From assembly GCA_964187785.1 (NCBI GenBank), contig OZ076409.1, positions 96,474,001 to 96,538,000 of the forward strand: a DNA stretch of 64,000 bases. Reading direction: 5' to 3'. Position numbers and translations under genes: made by a program. The notes beneath the pieces are model-generated. The model saw nothing but the letters and a program-made list of their open reading frames with translations, was not told the DNA's origin and ran no database searches. Of the stretch, positions 39,001-51,160 are shown one piece after another. This stretch comes from Amphiscolops sp. MND2022. Taxonomy: Eukaryota. Positions within the stretch are counted from its first letter, which is position 1. Each line of letters begins with the position of its first letter.

Positions 39001-40783
39001 TTCTATCACGTAATATTTCTGTATGTCTTCTTTGATTGTGGCGGCACATCTTTCCTTCAGCGCTGGGTCTCTGTCAAGGCGTCTCGCCAAAGATCGAACC
39101 TGTGCCAAGGCGTAGTAATAGTTGTCCGGCAAAGAGGACTCTTCAGAGGACCACAACTTTCCCACGACGAAGCAGCTTCCATCGTGATATGTTGTAGCTT
39201 CTAGAATCTTCAAGGCATTTTGATTTTCCGATGATTATGAATCACCAGTTTTGCTGGAATCATATGACTCTAGTTCCCAACAATGATGAACCTGGTTGGC
39301 TATGTGTTGACCTTCAGCGGTGACAGTTTTGAAAGTGGAACATTCTTTCAAGGCTTGATTGGATGCAGGACCAATCAGGACACAGCCAAGGGCTGTGCGA
39401 ACTGCGACAGGTTGTTTGGGCTGACCGGCTCTGTATTCAAGTGGTTGGATGCATTAGTAGGCATCTTGACCAAGAAGTAGTACAACGTCTTTGTAGTTGA
39501 CGACGACGTTTGGCAAAGGTTTTAGCTGTTGATAGGTCTTCTTCAAAGATGTGACATTGTATGAACCCTTACCAATACTAAGATTGGCGTTTGTGTAAGC
39601 GTAGACTTCGTGTGAGGAAGGCTGCATATTACTAGGATGAGCTGCGGTGACATTGAAAGCTACGCGTTTTGTTGGTTCGTTGATGATGTCGAAAAAACGA
39701 ATGGTCTGCTCTTCTCCGTGCAGAACGAGTTCTTCGGCAATGTTTTCGGCAATCCAAGAATCCAGCATCGCAAGGATTGTTCGAGTTCTACCCTGCCTTC
39801 ACCATTGACATTGCGCACTGATGTATGCTGACGTGATGGAGTTGACTTTTGGTTGTTTTCGAAACTCGTAGTTTCTGTAATTTTCCTGAACTTGTTCTTT
39901 GTACGAGACACGTTGGAGAGGGCTTCGTCAAATAGTGAGATGACTTTTGTACGTTAAAGGACTTCGCTTGAGAGTCGAAGTGGGCTTCCTTGGTTAGTTG
40001 GAACCGTTCAAAATCAGGCAAAGTACCTTGAGACTGTGATGAAATGGAGACTGGTTGACTAACTTGAACTGATCGTACTCTATGAACAAACTCCGGGACT
40101 GAGTTAGCGTTCACATGAACGGCTTCGGTGACGATTGGATTGATTTCGATATCAACCGTTGTTGTTGAAAGCATGTTTCTGCAACTTCAGTTACCTAATT
40201 TTCAGTTCGCTGAGTAGATGATTTGTAGGACGTACTACTCGATATCGTTTTAGAAATATTTTCATCAAATTCCAGTAGCTGTTTAGGAATTTTTGCATAT
40301 GCTACTGGCGGTCGGTTGTTTTCTTCTAATTGCATCAACTCTATGTCAGCTTTGGGTTTGGCAAGACGAATGTTCTCTTCGGCTCGCCGTTTCAGTTCTT
40401 GTAGACGTAAGCTAGTTTCAAGTCGGAGTTTTTCAGACGATGCTGTGGAATTTGTTGAATTTCTGACTATGCTGCTGAGGGTATCACTGGGTGATTTCGA
40501 CTGCTTCAAGTATTCTCTAGCTTGAGCACAAAATGCATGATTTTCTTCGGTAGTTTTGCTAATCCATTCCCGATTTACTTCCTTTTCGGATTCTTGCTCA
40601 GCGCTTTCAATTATTTGAAAGTTTTTCTCAACAGCCCGTGAGAGTATCTCTTCGAATGTTTTCAATTTGTTTTTCAAATTGAACACATCGTCCAACCCTC
40701 CTGACATATAACAAGAGGCTTTCTTGTGCCTCTTCGAGATCCTCTTTTAGTAAGTTTCTGCTTCGAAGCAATTGTTTTGACAT
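36020..40783 (-). pseudogene. BEL/Pao gag-pol pseudogene
   Basis: Chain of minus-strand ORF fragments: 40195-40707 (coiled-coil gag N-terminus), 39454-39768 (PR), 38181-38981 (RT), 37045-37592 (RH), 36130-36426 (IN core). Confidence 0.88.
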
Positions 40784-40951
40784 TTTGAATTTTGTCACTT
40801 GAACTGTACTATGGTTTTTAAAATTGCATAAAGAAAAAACCCTTCGCACGTGAAGCGTGCTTTTTTGGGATAAGCTCACCTGGTTAGTGTAGATGACGAA
40901 ACTCGAGAGGACGACAGCTCCAAACTGTTAAAAAGGTCCAAAAGGATCGTC

Positions 40952-40969
40952 ACGCTCATCGCGGCACCA
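40952..40969 (-). promoter_or_regulatory. Primer-binding site of the BEL element (tRNA-His-like)
   Basis: TGGTGCCGCGA immediately follows the 5' LTR end. It resembles the complement of the tRNA-His 3' end (TGGTGCCGTGA), recalled from memory. Confidence 0.7.
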
Positions 40970-41462
40970 TGGAAAAAATGCTGTTTCCTTGGTTTCAATT
41001 GACGGCCGGTTACCGAATTGGCCCAGATTTCTGAGGGGGACAAATAAATATAAAAAGCACAATGTATTTTGACCCGTCTCAGAAATCTGGGTCAGTTTGC
41101 CTTGCTGTGAGAGGAAGATCGGATTAACGAATGAATTTCATCTAATATTAGAGATATCAGAAAAGTTTTCAACAGTTTCAAGACAATTGTTCAGCAGTTT
41201 TAAGTTTCAAGTCACTAGTTTCCATTACTAATGGAATAGTAATGAGTTTTCATTCATGCGAAATTTCGAAGTCACTTTCATTATCAATCAATGATATATA
41301 TCAACCATTCCTGAGTGGGCCCGGAACTTTGTTCACGTGTAAAAAAATTGGTGAAAATGATGCAATCTTAACGAAACCTCGTTTGGAAACCTGTTTTTGT
41401 GGCGGTAATGAATAATTTGAGAATCACTCTTTTTGTTTTAGGAGTCTTTTTTTGTCATTGTA
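40970..41462 (-). repeat. BEL/Pao 5' LTR
   Basis: Diverged homolog of the other two LTR copies, adjacent to the PBS. The outer end is degenerate. Confidence 0.85.
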
Positions 41463-41671
41463 AAGTTTTCAATAAATTTGCTTGAAACAGCGCTCAAAAT
41501 GGCGAGGAAATGGGATACTTTTCAGCAAAATAAGTGCAACTCGAATACTGGTAATTCGGTCGGTGAATTTCTGCGGGTCAAGAGTTAACGTTTTCGTGAC
41601 GCAATTGAAAAGTGCTCCCGTTCAAAGTGCGATTCAGAAACTTCGCGAGTGTAAAGTTCTAAAACGAATCT

Positions 41672-42010
41672 AGGTAAACTCGTCGAAAACAACTCGCCGA
41701 AAAGCAACTCGCCAAAAATCATTTTCGTCGCAACTATCAAACTCTGATCGTACTGTGTTATGAAGTTCTGAATTATCATGAAGTATTACATTGTAAACTA
41801 TAAAAGTTGAACATATCAAGCGCTTATATAACTAAAAAAGCTTCATTATGCTCAAAACTGAAAATTTTACGCTTAAATCAAAGCAAATTAACCCATAATT
41901 AGTCTTTGTGAGTATTCTATAATTATTCGACGAGTTAATTTTTGACCAGTTTTCCGCCCTTTAATTTCGGCGTGTTGCATTCGGCGAGTTGTTTTCGACG
42001 AGTTTTCCAC
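41672..42010. mobile_element. MITE with subrepeat-containing TIRs
   Basis: AAACTCGTCGAAAACAACTCGCCGAA mirrors TTCGGCGAGTTGTTTTCGACGAGTTT. Confidence 0.75.
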
Positions 42011-45000
42011 ACACTTTCTAAAACTGTAATCCCTACCTTAACTCATGCGGCTTCGTTACGTTCCCATGCATTAAATGACATGAAATTCCATCTTGCATTG
42101 AAGCCGAGTAATTGCATAGTACAAATATTTTGAATTTGTTCCATTACGTTTTCTTATTTTTTCATCAAGACACTCGAATTCTTTTTTGATTAGTTGCTTC
42201 TGGATAATTCACTTCAGAAATGTTTTTCGGTCTAGATGGGATGAGAAACTCTTCTAATATGGCATTTCAAAATGCCTTGTTTTCTCAAAGTCTAGCTTTT
42301 CTAGATTGAAAGTTGTTGGGATTTGCATTAACAAGCCGTGACAAAGTCGGCGTTATATCTAACACTAAAAATTGTAAAAAAAACGGGGACCCTTTGGGCT
42401 TTGTGAAACTCCAGTTGGTTCCAAAGTATAGAAAAAATTAAAGGGGGACCCTTGAAAAATTTTTATAAAATTTCAAAAAAAAATTAGGAACAGTGTCATA
42501 GTGCCGAAAAATGTAAAGGGGGGACGCTTTGGGATTTTTCACATCCATTGTGTTGCAAATTATCGAAACAAACGAAGGGGAGGCCCTTTGGTGGAATCCA
42601 AAAAGTTCGGAAAATGTCGCACAGTGCCGAAAACAATCCGAGTGAAAAACAACAAAGGGTGGTCCTATGTTTTCGAGATTCTGGACTACGATGTTGTTGT
42701 TTTCGACGAGGTTCTGTCGTTTCGAGAACATTTTGGACCATGGGAAAGAACCGAAGAAAATGACAAGAACAGTCAAAAAAAGTATCATTCAGAACCTGAA
42801 CTAAACACCCAACAAACATCTGCTGAAGTAACTAATTATCTATGTAAATTATCATTTATTCATAATAATATTGATGCGCACTAACTACAATGGTGTAAGA
42901 AAAGAATTGAACCCTTATTTGTTGCAAATAATTTGGACTGCATGTCAACGAAGCTAGCATTTTACATGGTGATATGTTTCAATCTCATGAATTTGAAGGG
43001 CTGGAAAGACAAATTGAATGTTCAAGACAATGGGTGCAATCTTTTTAATCAGCAGATTCTCCTGATATTGTATTCATCGGTAAAAATCTAAAATCCGAAA
43101 ACATAATCCCTGTGCGAACATTAGCTGTGTCTCACGTAATAAGATAGCAAATGAAATAAAATGAGAGGAAACCCTCATCAAAAACTATTTAATACCAAAT
43201 ATCTTGATTTAAAACAGTTGAATGTCCTCCAAAAACTATATGAAATATTGTCCCTTCTGCCAATTCAGCAGCAAATAAAATCAACGAAAAATGAAACTGA
43301 GGAAATTTGTTCGTTACTTGCAAACCTACAATTCAACTGCCCAATGAAACATTAAAAAGTTTTTTTATCTGATTTCCAAATAACGTGGATGATAACACAA
43401 ATCAGAGCTAGTTTTGTTTTGTTCAATTTTTTTTCAAATAATGGTTCAGTTCATTTCTTAGACTAATGTAAATACGCACATATATAAATAATTAGGTAGT
43501 AGTAATTGTGGCAGTTTAATTGCAGTCAACAAGCCATTGCGTGGACTGAATTCGATCAGATATTCCTGCTTCAGATATTTTGCTAGCAATAGCAATCCTA
43601 GTTGGTTAAATTATTAACCAATCTGAGCGAAGCACAAAAATTCTTAGTTAACTAAATAGCTGTCCCAGGCAGCTCACCAGTCAACTGATTTGTGTCAACC
43701 TCTGAGTCAACCGACCGGTCTATATACTCGTTTAATGCCGTTCAACCCTTTTATGATGCAACATTCTAACCAATCCACGGCTCTGAAGAAGCCAGAAAAA
43801 GGGAAAGAAAGGAGAGATTTTAATATTCTGAGTCAACACTCTGGTCTATTATTTTGTTGCCCAACAATTAAACTCGTTTCCAGGAATATGACCAGGATTT
43901 GTCGCTGTTCCTTGTTCCAGAACGCTAAATATAAACAGTAATTAAATCTCTAGTACACCAAAAGTGTTAATATTCCTCATTTAGTGAACTTTTGTTGACT
44001 GAAATTGTTGTAATTACCACTTCAGTTCGAAGCAAAAATTATTTTTCCCGCCTCAGTAGCTAGGTTCTTTGACTTCAGTGTCAACTTCAGATTCGGCGTC
44101 CGGAATTGGCGGGAATGAAGATGAAGGGACGCGGACTTCGGCAAGAAGTTTATTCCCACTTTTCCTTAAAAGCGACTGTATACTGAAAACTGGATCCAAG
44201 GAAGCCTACCTATCTTGGATTTCCTCGCTGAGCTGAACAATGTGTGAAGTTCGCGCACGGGATTTAGACCACGTGTCTAGTGCAAAGTACATATACCTGA
44301 CGCGGTACTAGAAAAACACAATTTTGTCGCTTGGACAGTATTAATTTCGGGCTATTTCTAAATTGGTTCAAATCGAGAGTCTCTTTCTCATCTAACATTT
44401 TGATCTGCTTCCATTTCTCTCTAAAACTTGTACGAATATCTTCTTCCTTTGCGATAGCAATTTCCAATTTCGTTTCAACAAAGTCCGAAAAATATTTGGC
44501 AGTAAACCCAGAATCCTGAACGAGGATCAAAAGCAATTACAAACGCCAATTCAAAGATCCTGTCATAAACGTTTTCCTGGGTATCATGCCAGAAAAATCA
44601 AGTAAGAGGAGACTAAGGAGAGATTCCCCTGAAAAAGCTAGGATAGACGTTGACATCAGTGATCACTGAACCGGTGAAAATAAAGTCTCTAAAAATTAAG
44701 GACGTCCAATGTCGTCAGTTTAGCTGAGTCGTGTTCGGGACCCTACAGCTTTAACAGAGGGGTCAATTCAAGAAAAGGTTCAGTGGATGAGAATACTGGG
44801 GACACGGAAAACCCGACTGAACTTGCACGGCCGTACAGTTACGACAACTAACAATAGTAATGGGGGAAACTTGCTATTTTAATGACAGTTTTTAACAATA
44901 TATATTTTCCTGACAATAGCATAGTAGGTAAAATTCTTTTGAATAGCCTTTTTCTAATGTTTACTATTGTTAAATTGATTCATCCTAAAAAGTTATTTCT

Positions 45001-45124
45001 TTCTGGTTTGATATGTGAATCAGTTTTTTTCTTAAGTAAAAATTAAATCAAATATTCCTCAATGATGAAAGTTTGTTCATGTGTCTATTCTAAATGATGG
45101 TTTTTCTCAAATTCATGACGTCAT

Positions 45125-45504
45125 TCAAAGTCTGTCGATCCCTCGGTCAAACTTGAGCAAATGAACTCCCGTGAGCTTGAAATCTTCCCGCAAAATTTTG
45201 TAATAATCAGAAGGCGAAACTTTCTTCATGTTTTTCAACTGGAGAAACAAGACTGCTTCCGTGTCACTTCCGAACAATTCCTTCAGGCTGGAAATTTTGT
45301 GGTTTTCAAACCACTTGTCCAAATCCTCAACAGTGGAAGTTTCCGATATGACAGCGCCCGCACTTGTAACAGGCACCAGTGCCACTTCCGTGACATTTTC
45401 GACCAACGCTCCGACAATCTTTTCCTCTCCTACGCCTTTCGTTGAGCTGAATCTTTTGTTCACAATTCTCAGGAATTGTTTCACTTGTTCTTGCTCCAAG
45501 GTGT
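45125..45504 (-). CDS. TIR-SAM-like gene, last exon (linker + SAM-like helical domain)
   Basis: Acceptor TTGTTTTCAG, phase 1 matching the previous donor. Encodes DTLEQEQ...TVEDLDKWFENHKISSLKELF...YYKILREDFKLTGVHLLKFDRGIDRL*. Confidence 0.75.
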
Positions 45505-45821
45505 CTGAAAACAACCTTTAATGGTTAATTGGTTCTTTTCTAAAATCATTCTAAAACAGGGTGTTTTATAAACTTTTAGAGAGTTGATTTTAGAGGAACT
45601 AACATGGTAAAAAGTTTTTTTCAAGGAGAAGGAGGAAACGTTAGGATTTTAAACCGCATATTGACAAAATAGAAACTTTGAACAAGATTCGAAATTACTT
45701 ACGATTGTTTGATTTTGTTCCATATGGCTTCGTTAACTGATTGTGTTAATTCAGACTCAATTCCATTGCCCATTTATTATTTTGTAGTTTTGAGTCAGAG
45801 ATTTTCAGTCCAACAACTTAC

Positions 45822-45998
45822 CATCATAGAATGGTATGTATAGTTTGGTGCCCATAATGAACCGCAGCCATTTTTCCCTCTGGAAGTTTTCCATCATGAC
45901 AGGTACCACTGGCTTGTCGTTTTCATACGCAAACTTGGCCTCACTCTTGCAGTTTTTGCTCTTCTGGTAATTCTCACTGGCACAGATCACAATTATGT
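45822..45998 (-). CDS. TIR-SAM-like gene, TIR exon with catalytic Glu
   Basis: Acceptor CTTGTTTCAG, donor G|GTAAGT. Encodes DIIVICASENYQKSKNCKSEAKFAYENDKPVVPVMMEN...WLRFIMGTKLYIPF (TIR_2-type). Confidence 0.9.
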
Positions 45999-46202
45999 CT
46001 GAAACAAGCAACATCATTCATGAATCATACATGCACATCGAAAAATTATGTCTGAAACATGCAAATTATTTCATTATTCATACATGCATATCGACGAACT
46101 ATGTCTGAAACATGCAACATCATTCATGAATCATACATGCATATCGAAGAACTATGTCTGAAACATGCAAAATCATTCATGATGCATACATGCACATCGA
46201 AG
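45992..46202. repeat. ~53-bp tandem repeat x4 overlapping the splice acceptor
   Basis: TATGTCTGAAACA recurs at ~45994, 46048, 46100 and 46153. Confidence 0.85.
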
Positions 46203-46818
46203 ATGAATACAAAAAGTATGTTTCTTTCATTTGGTTGTGTTTGAATGAATTCTTGGCTTTTGAAGCCCTACGCATATGAATTTCAGCTTCAATTGCTGGG
46301 ATTTTTCTTGATTGCGTGTTAAGATTTGCGTACATGCGTAGAATCATCAATGGTCAAATTAGGCAAAAATATTTAAACAAGCATGCAACTTTTCATTAAA
46401 AACTCAGGTACAAGAGGTCCCACGAGAAATTCATGAAAATTGAAGCAGTTTTCTTTAGAAATTCATGGAAATGTCTGAAGTTTGCAAACTAAAATGCACA
46501 AACTCTGGTGGTGTTTTTGTCTTTCTGTCTCGATTGAAATATTGAATACTCATGCATACCTTGCCAAGATCTTGCAAAGACCTTGTGACTGTACGCATTT
46601 TGTTATGGTAAAGCGTTACAAGACAGGCAAGTTTCCAAGAAAAATGTTACTGAGAAGCGAAAGATGACATGACAAAACTTGCTAAGAACTTGCTTGATAT
46701 CGGGGAAAATCTCGAAGATTTTTTGTTGAACTATGGCGGAAAAGAAGCTCTTGGCTTCTTAGTAGGATTTTGTTTGAAACATGCCTGTCTGAGCATGGCT
46801 GAAGATGTATGATCCTAC

Positions 46819-46971
46819 CTGAATCTACGACAGCCCCGGCCATAGAGTCCACAATGTCGTCTTCCATGCCGTCCTCGTCTATCCAGACCTCGAAGCCAGC
46901 TGTGATGAGAATCTTCTTCAGAATCCTCGCCTTGGGCTTCGTGCCCCAGTTGTAGCTGATCATCACCTTGC
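46819..46971 (-). CDS. TIR-SAM-like gene, first TIR exon
   Basis: Acceptor CCCTGGCTTCAG, donor G|GTAGGA. Encodes KVMISYNWGTKPKARILKKILITAGFEVWIDEDGMEDDIVDSMAGAVVDS. Confidence 0.9.
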
Positions 46972-47205
46972 CTGAAGCCAGGGGGTATCAAAAATTGATT
47001 GAATGAAAATTAATTGCAAATAAATGCTAAAACATAAATGATTGCAAGCATTTGTAATTAAAATTAATTGATTTTTGAAAACCATTTAATTCCAAATAAG
47101 AGCGAATTTAAGTTATTGAGGGCATGGCCATATGGCACGTCGCTCCGCTTCGTTTCGCTCCTGCATTTAAGGCACTAGGGGTATGTGAGCATAGCTGAGT
47201 TCATT

Positions 47206-47340
47206 ATCGTAATTTCCTTGGACGTAATTTCCTATTGGGCGTAATTTCCGCTGGGGCGTTATTTCCTTGAGCGTAATTTCTTAGGGCGTAATTTCTTAGG
47301 GCGTAATTTCTTAGGGCGTAATTTCCTTGGGCGTACTTTC
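47206..47340. repeat. Tandem minisatellite (GGGCGTAATTTCTTA-like, 15-17 bp, ~8 units)
   Basis: Directly visible. Confidence 0.9.
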
Positions 47341-47580
47341 TGGCCAGTGGACTTCATAGACTAGAAATTATTGTAATTTATTGTTACTGTTATTGTTACA
47401 ACTATTTGGCATGAATTGCAATTATTAATTTTTGAAACTTTCAATTAAATTTAATTGATTTTTTTGCCAAGCAATGTCTGGTAGCAATTGCCTGAAACGG
47501 TTACATGACGTTATTTTGTTCTATGCAATTTCAACCTTTTGCATTTTCAACATTCCGCAATTTCGACTTAACCTAATTTT

Positions 47581-47827
47581 GGGGGCGGTGCACTAAGCCG
47601 ACGGTTCACTAAGCCGACAAAATAAATTCATTCTTCAATTAATAAAATCATTCTCCATTTTGATTGGACAAAGACACATTCCAAATGTATGCGGATAATG
47701 TATTACGTCTCCGCATACATTTGGAATGTCTTTTTATCCAATTAAAATTGAGAATGAAATTATTCACACGTTGAGAATGAATTTCTTTGGTCGGCTTATT
47801 GAACCGTCGGCTTAGTGAGCCGCCCCC
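47581..47827. mobile_element. ~247-bp almost fully palindromic MITE
   Basis: GGGGGCGG..CACTAAGCCGACGGTTCA...ACATTCCAAATGTATGCGGA / TCCGCATACATTTGGAATGT...TGAACCGTCGGCTTAGTG..CCGCCCCC. Confidence 0.85.
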
Positions 47828-47958
47828 TACTTTTGACTACTTTAACAATTAGTTATATCATTATTTGAGGTCGTTTTCATTTTCATAGATTTCGAAATTC
47901 AAATGTGCTAATTTGTACGCCAGTGTTGATACGTTTTAGTTTCTTCATGAATACTTAC

Positions 47959-47983
47959 CAATAATTAAAGCTGTTGGATTCAT
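47959..47983 (-). CDS. Candidate initiating micro-exon of the TIR gene (MNPTALII-G)
   Basis: ATG...ATT G|GTAAGT, phase 1 matching the exon at 46971, giving a 244-aa protein. It lies inside a TIR element, so it may be coincidental. Confidence 0.4.
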
Positions 47984-49159
47984 TACTAACTTTTATACTG
48001 AAATAATATTTTAACCGAATTAGGAGTAATTAGCAAAAATTAGTATAGGTCGAAATTGCGGAAGGTCGAAAAGGCATAGGACGAAATGTCCTGACACCGC
48101 CTGAAGCAAGAACCAAAGTCATGTTTAGCGTGCTATTCGAGAAGCGGTGATCGCATCAAATGAGTCGTTGAGAGAACAACGTGTGAACGCAACCTGATCG
48201 TGTCGGTTATAAAGAGGGATTCAATTTCATAATTATTTGCACTAGTGGAAGATGTAGAATAATTCTAACAAAAGTTACCACCGGACCTTTCTGAATTTTC
48301 CAGGTTTTAATATAAATTACCCTGCACACAGGCCTGCAGCATGTACAAAATGTCAGCAGTCTCAACTAGGGAAGCATCAAAATCACAGAGAAACACATCC
48401 ACATCCAACTGTTAAAATTTTTTGGACATACTAGAAAATGTTGTAATATTGATTCATGGAAATGTTCTTACTCATAATTCGTCAGAATCCAAAGACGTTA
48501 TAACTCAAATACGTTCCGGATTTCCATATCCTGTATCAGAATGATAAAATAATTTTCATGTCTCAGAAAAAGACGCACAAATAAAACTTTAAGATTTAGA
48601 GAAACATCAACGTTTGACGTTTGCCGGACTTGAACCACGTCCGTCTATCTAGATAGATTTATAAACGTAAACAATAAGGAACCTCTACATCAAACAAGCT
48701 AATCAACAAACAAATGAAACTGATCAATCACACCAATAACCAAAAAGACAAACAAATACAGAAGTAACAAAAGATAGTAAGAGTTCCAACGACCGGAAAA
48801 ACAACATTAACAACTGTGAGCTTCGACACACTATACGCAATGACCCGAGAAAGATGTCACTTGTAATAAGTGTCACAAACACGGACAATTCGCTAGAGAT
48901 TGCCGGAGCAAAACTGAAAGCAACAGAAGCGAAATGCAAAACAACGAAACTACCGCCGAAAAAAACAGAATATCTACAAAAAATACAACATTTCTCCAAA
49001 ATAAAGAAAAATAACACCGGATGAATACAACCACCAAGGAGTAAACAATGGGATTCAGAACTACGATCAAGGCTTCTTTATCGAAAAACGGTTGCCACCA
49101 ACAACAATGCCGTACAATACAGGATCTTCATGAAGGTTAAATAACAACGCTGAAAGAAC

Positions 49160-50700
49160 ACTTGCAAAACAAAATCAGAAACAAAATCAAGTTCCTCGGG
49201 AAGACATGGGTAAATGAACCATACAACGAACACAGTTTTACAGTACCTCTATCATTCACCGCGAGAAACGACACTGGAGATTTACGTGGCGTAAATTGGC
49301 TACTAGTAGCTACTCTAGTAGAGGAACAATCAATAACGATCAACCGAATACTATTAAATACTATTGGATGGCTGAAACAACCACATCTCAACAAATCTTC
49401 ATAAAAACCTACAAATTATTCAAAGTGAAACATACAATCAAAAACGTGCGAGTGAATATTAAAAATCCAACAGAAATATTATCCTATTCAACAAATAACA
49501 AGACCACTACCAATTCACCCGAAAGAGGTCGTGAACTGCATAAGTCGGCGCCATATCTAAGGCTAAAAAACACAAGGGCTTTAAAGTTTCAAGCATTTTC
49601 TTATTCAGTACCCGGAAAACCGCAACGTTGGGCCGAAATAGCGTACTATGAGGGGGACCCATTGGGATTTGTTAACGTCCATACTGTTGCAAAATATCAA
49701 AACATTTAAAAGGGACCTTTTGGAGACATTAAAAAATTTTCGGAAAAAGTCACAGGCGGAAAAATGAAACGAGGGACACTTTAGTCTCGCCCGGTATTGT
49801 TTTTTGCGAAGAAACAAAGGAAAAACTTTTAAAGTTCAGTTAACTTGGCCAAATGGTCCAATTTGACATCTTGAAATTTCGTAAATTTATTTTGATCAGT
49901 TCGTGTGGATTGAAAAAAGTCACTATTTTTATTGCGTTCAATTTCATGGAGCGCAGCCAAAAACCACCTAAGCAAACTAATCAGTACAAATCGAACGAAT
50001 AAACCATGGAAAAGACTATTTCGTAAGCCCCGTTGTGATTATGATACAAAAAGATAAATCAGTAAAAATTGCATTGGCCTCAAGGAAACGTACCAGAGAC
50101 TCCGTCAAAAAATCTCGCTCATGCCAAACGTGGAGGCATTATTAAACCAACATCAACTAAAACAGCAACAAATTAAAACAGCTGCTGCCTGGCTTTAGAA
50201 GTAGCGCTGGATTACGCCAACGGACAACTAGCCGTTGGAACCAGCAAACACTACAATTACCGCATTATCAACAAACAAATTAACGGATACCACTGCTTCA
50301 AAAAGAGGTCCACATGCTAGCCAACCTCTCAGCGACATTCCAAAAGACAAGCGACAGAATTGTCGGCTACTAAACACAAACAGTAGTTTAGCAAGACACG
50401 ATGTTATCATGAAGAAATTACTAAACGAAGACGATGTTACAAAAAGAGCAAAAAAGAGCACACAAAGGAATTTGAAGAAAACTAGAAAAATCAGAAAACG
50501 AAAAATTTAGAGCAAGCAAAAAAAATTAAAAACAATTATCAAAAGAAATGTGTATGGCTCTGATACACGGAATACAAAGACGGAATTTGACCCAGTAAAG
50601 AAAAAATACAGTTATCTCCAAGTCGGCTCACCCAATGACACAAGAGACCCAAAATCTTTCTTCGGAGCATTCCAGTACTATATAACGATTTAATTAGATT
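49160..50700 (+). pseudogene. Highly degraded Ty3/Gypsy pol remnant, interrupted by a Helentron-like element (~49542-49958)
   Basis: Residual RT peptides FVSPVVIMIQKDKSVKIALASRK (~50020-50090), MPNVEALLNQ, LDYANGQL and KSFFGAFQY; PR-like IKFLGKT. Confidence 0.6.
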
Positions 50701-50874
50701 ACAAAAGGAACAAAACCGATTTTTTAAAAGGCAAAATGGGGGAACGACAGTGGAAAAACACTAAAACCACTTCACAAAACACCAAATTGAACTTACAAAG
50801 CTCACATGTCTAGAACACTACAAATAAAGCAAACATAGTCACAACTGATGCCTAAAAGGTCGGATTAGGAGTCG

Positions 50875-50878
50875 TTCT

Positions 50879-50960
<82 letters not shown>
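50875..50960. repeat. (CT)n microsatellite abutting the assembly gap
   Basis: Directly visible. Confidence 0.98.
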
Positions 50961-51160
50961 NNNNNNNNNNNNNNNNNNNNNNNNNNNNNNNNNNNNNNNN
51001 NNNNNNNNNNNNNNNNNNNNNNNNNNNNNNNNNNNNNNNNNNNNNNNNNNNNNNNNNNNNNNNNNNNNNNNNNNNNNNNNNNNNNNNNNNNNNNNNNNNN
51101 NNNNNNNNNNNNNNNNNNNNNNNNNNNNNNNNNNNNNNNNNNNNNNNNNNNNNNNNNNNN
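50961..51160. other. Assembly gap (200 N)
   Basis: Run of N. Adjacency across the gap is only as reliable as the scaffolding. Confidence 1.

Larger units (their letters stand above)
35484..41468 (-). mobile_element. Decayed BEL/Pao LTR retrotransposon (two LTRs, PBS, deleted gag, fragmented PR-RT-RH-IN)
   Basis: Domain order PR (LLLGQD) - RT (LNSALLRGPDLL, YLDD) - RH (PKLEL, WTDS, NSADCSTRG) - IN, with BEL-typical motifs. Many stops and frameshifts. The integrase C-terminus and PPT are missing. Confidence 0.92.
47498..48099. mobile_element. TIR element (CGG...CCG ends) with a nested palindromic MITE
   Basis: TTCCGCAATTTCGACTTAACCTAATTTTTG mirrors CAAAAATTAGTATAGGTCGAAATTGCGGAA. Flanked by CCTGAAA / CCTGAAG (candidate TSD). 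Confidence 0.65.

Noticed and set aside
41463..41473. TCAAT as the BEL target-site duplication (also at 35479-35483)
   Set aside because: The LTR end here lacks the terminal CA, and a 5-mer match in AT-rich DNA is weak.
43690..44536. Short peptides resembling a polB fragment (CQP..PTGLYTR) and a LINE ORF1 fragment
   Set aside because: Too short and degraded to support by eye.
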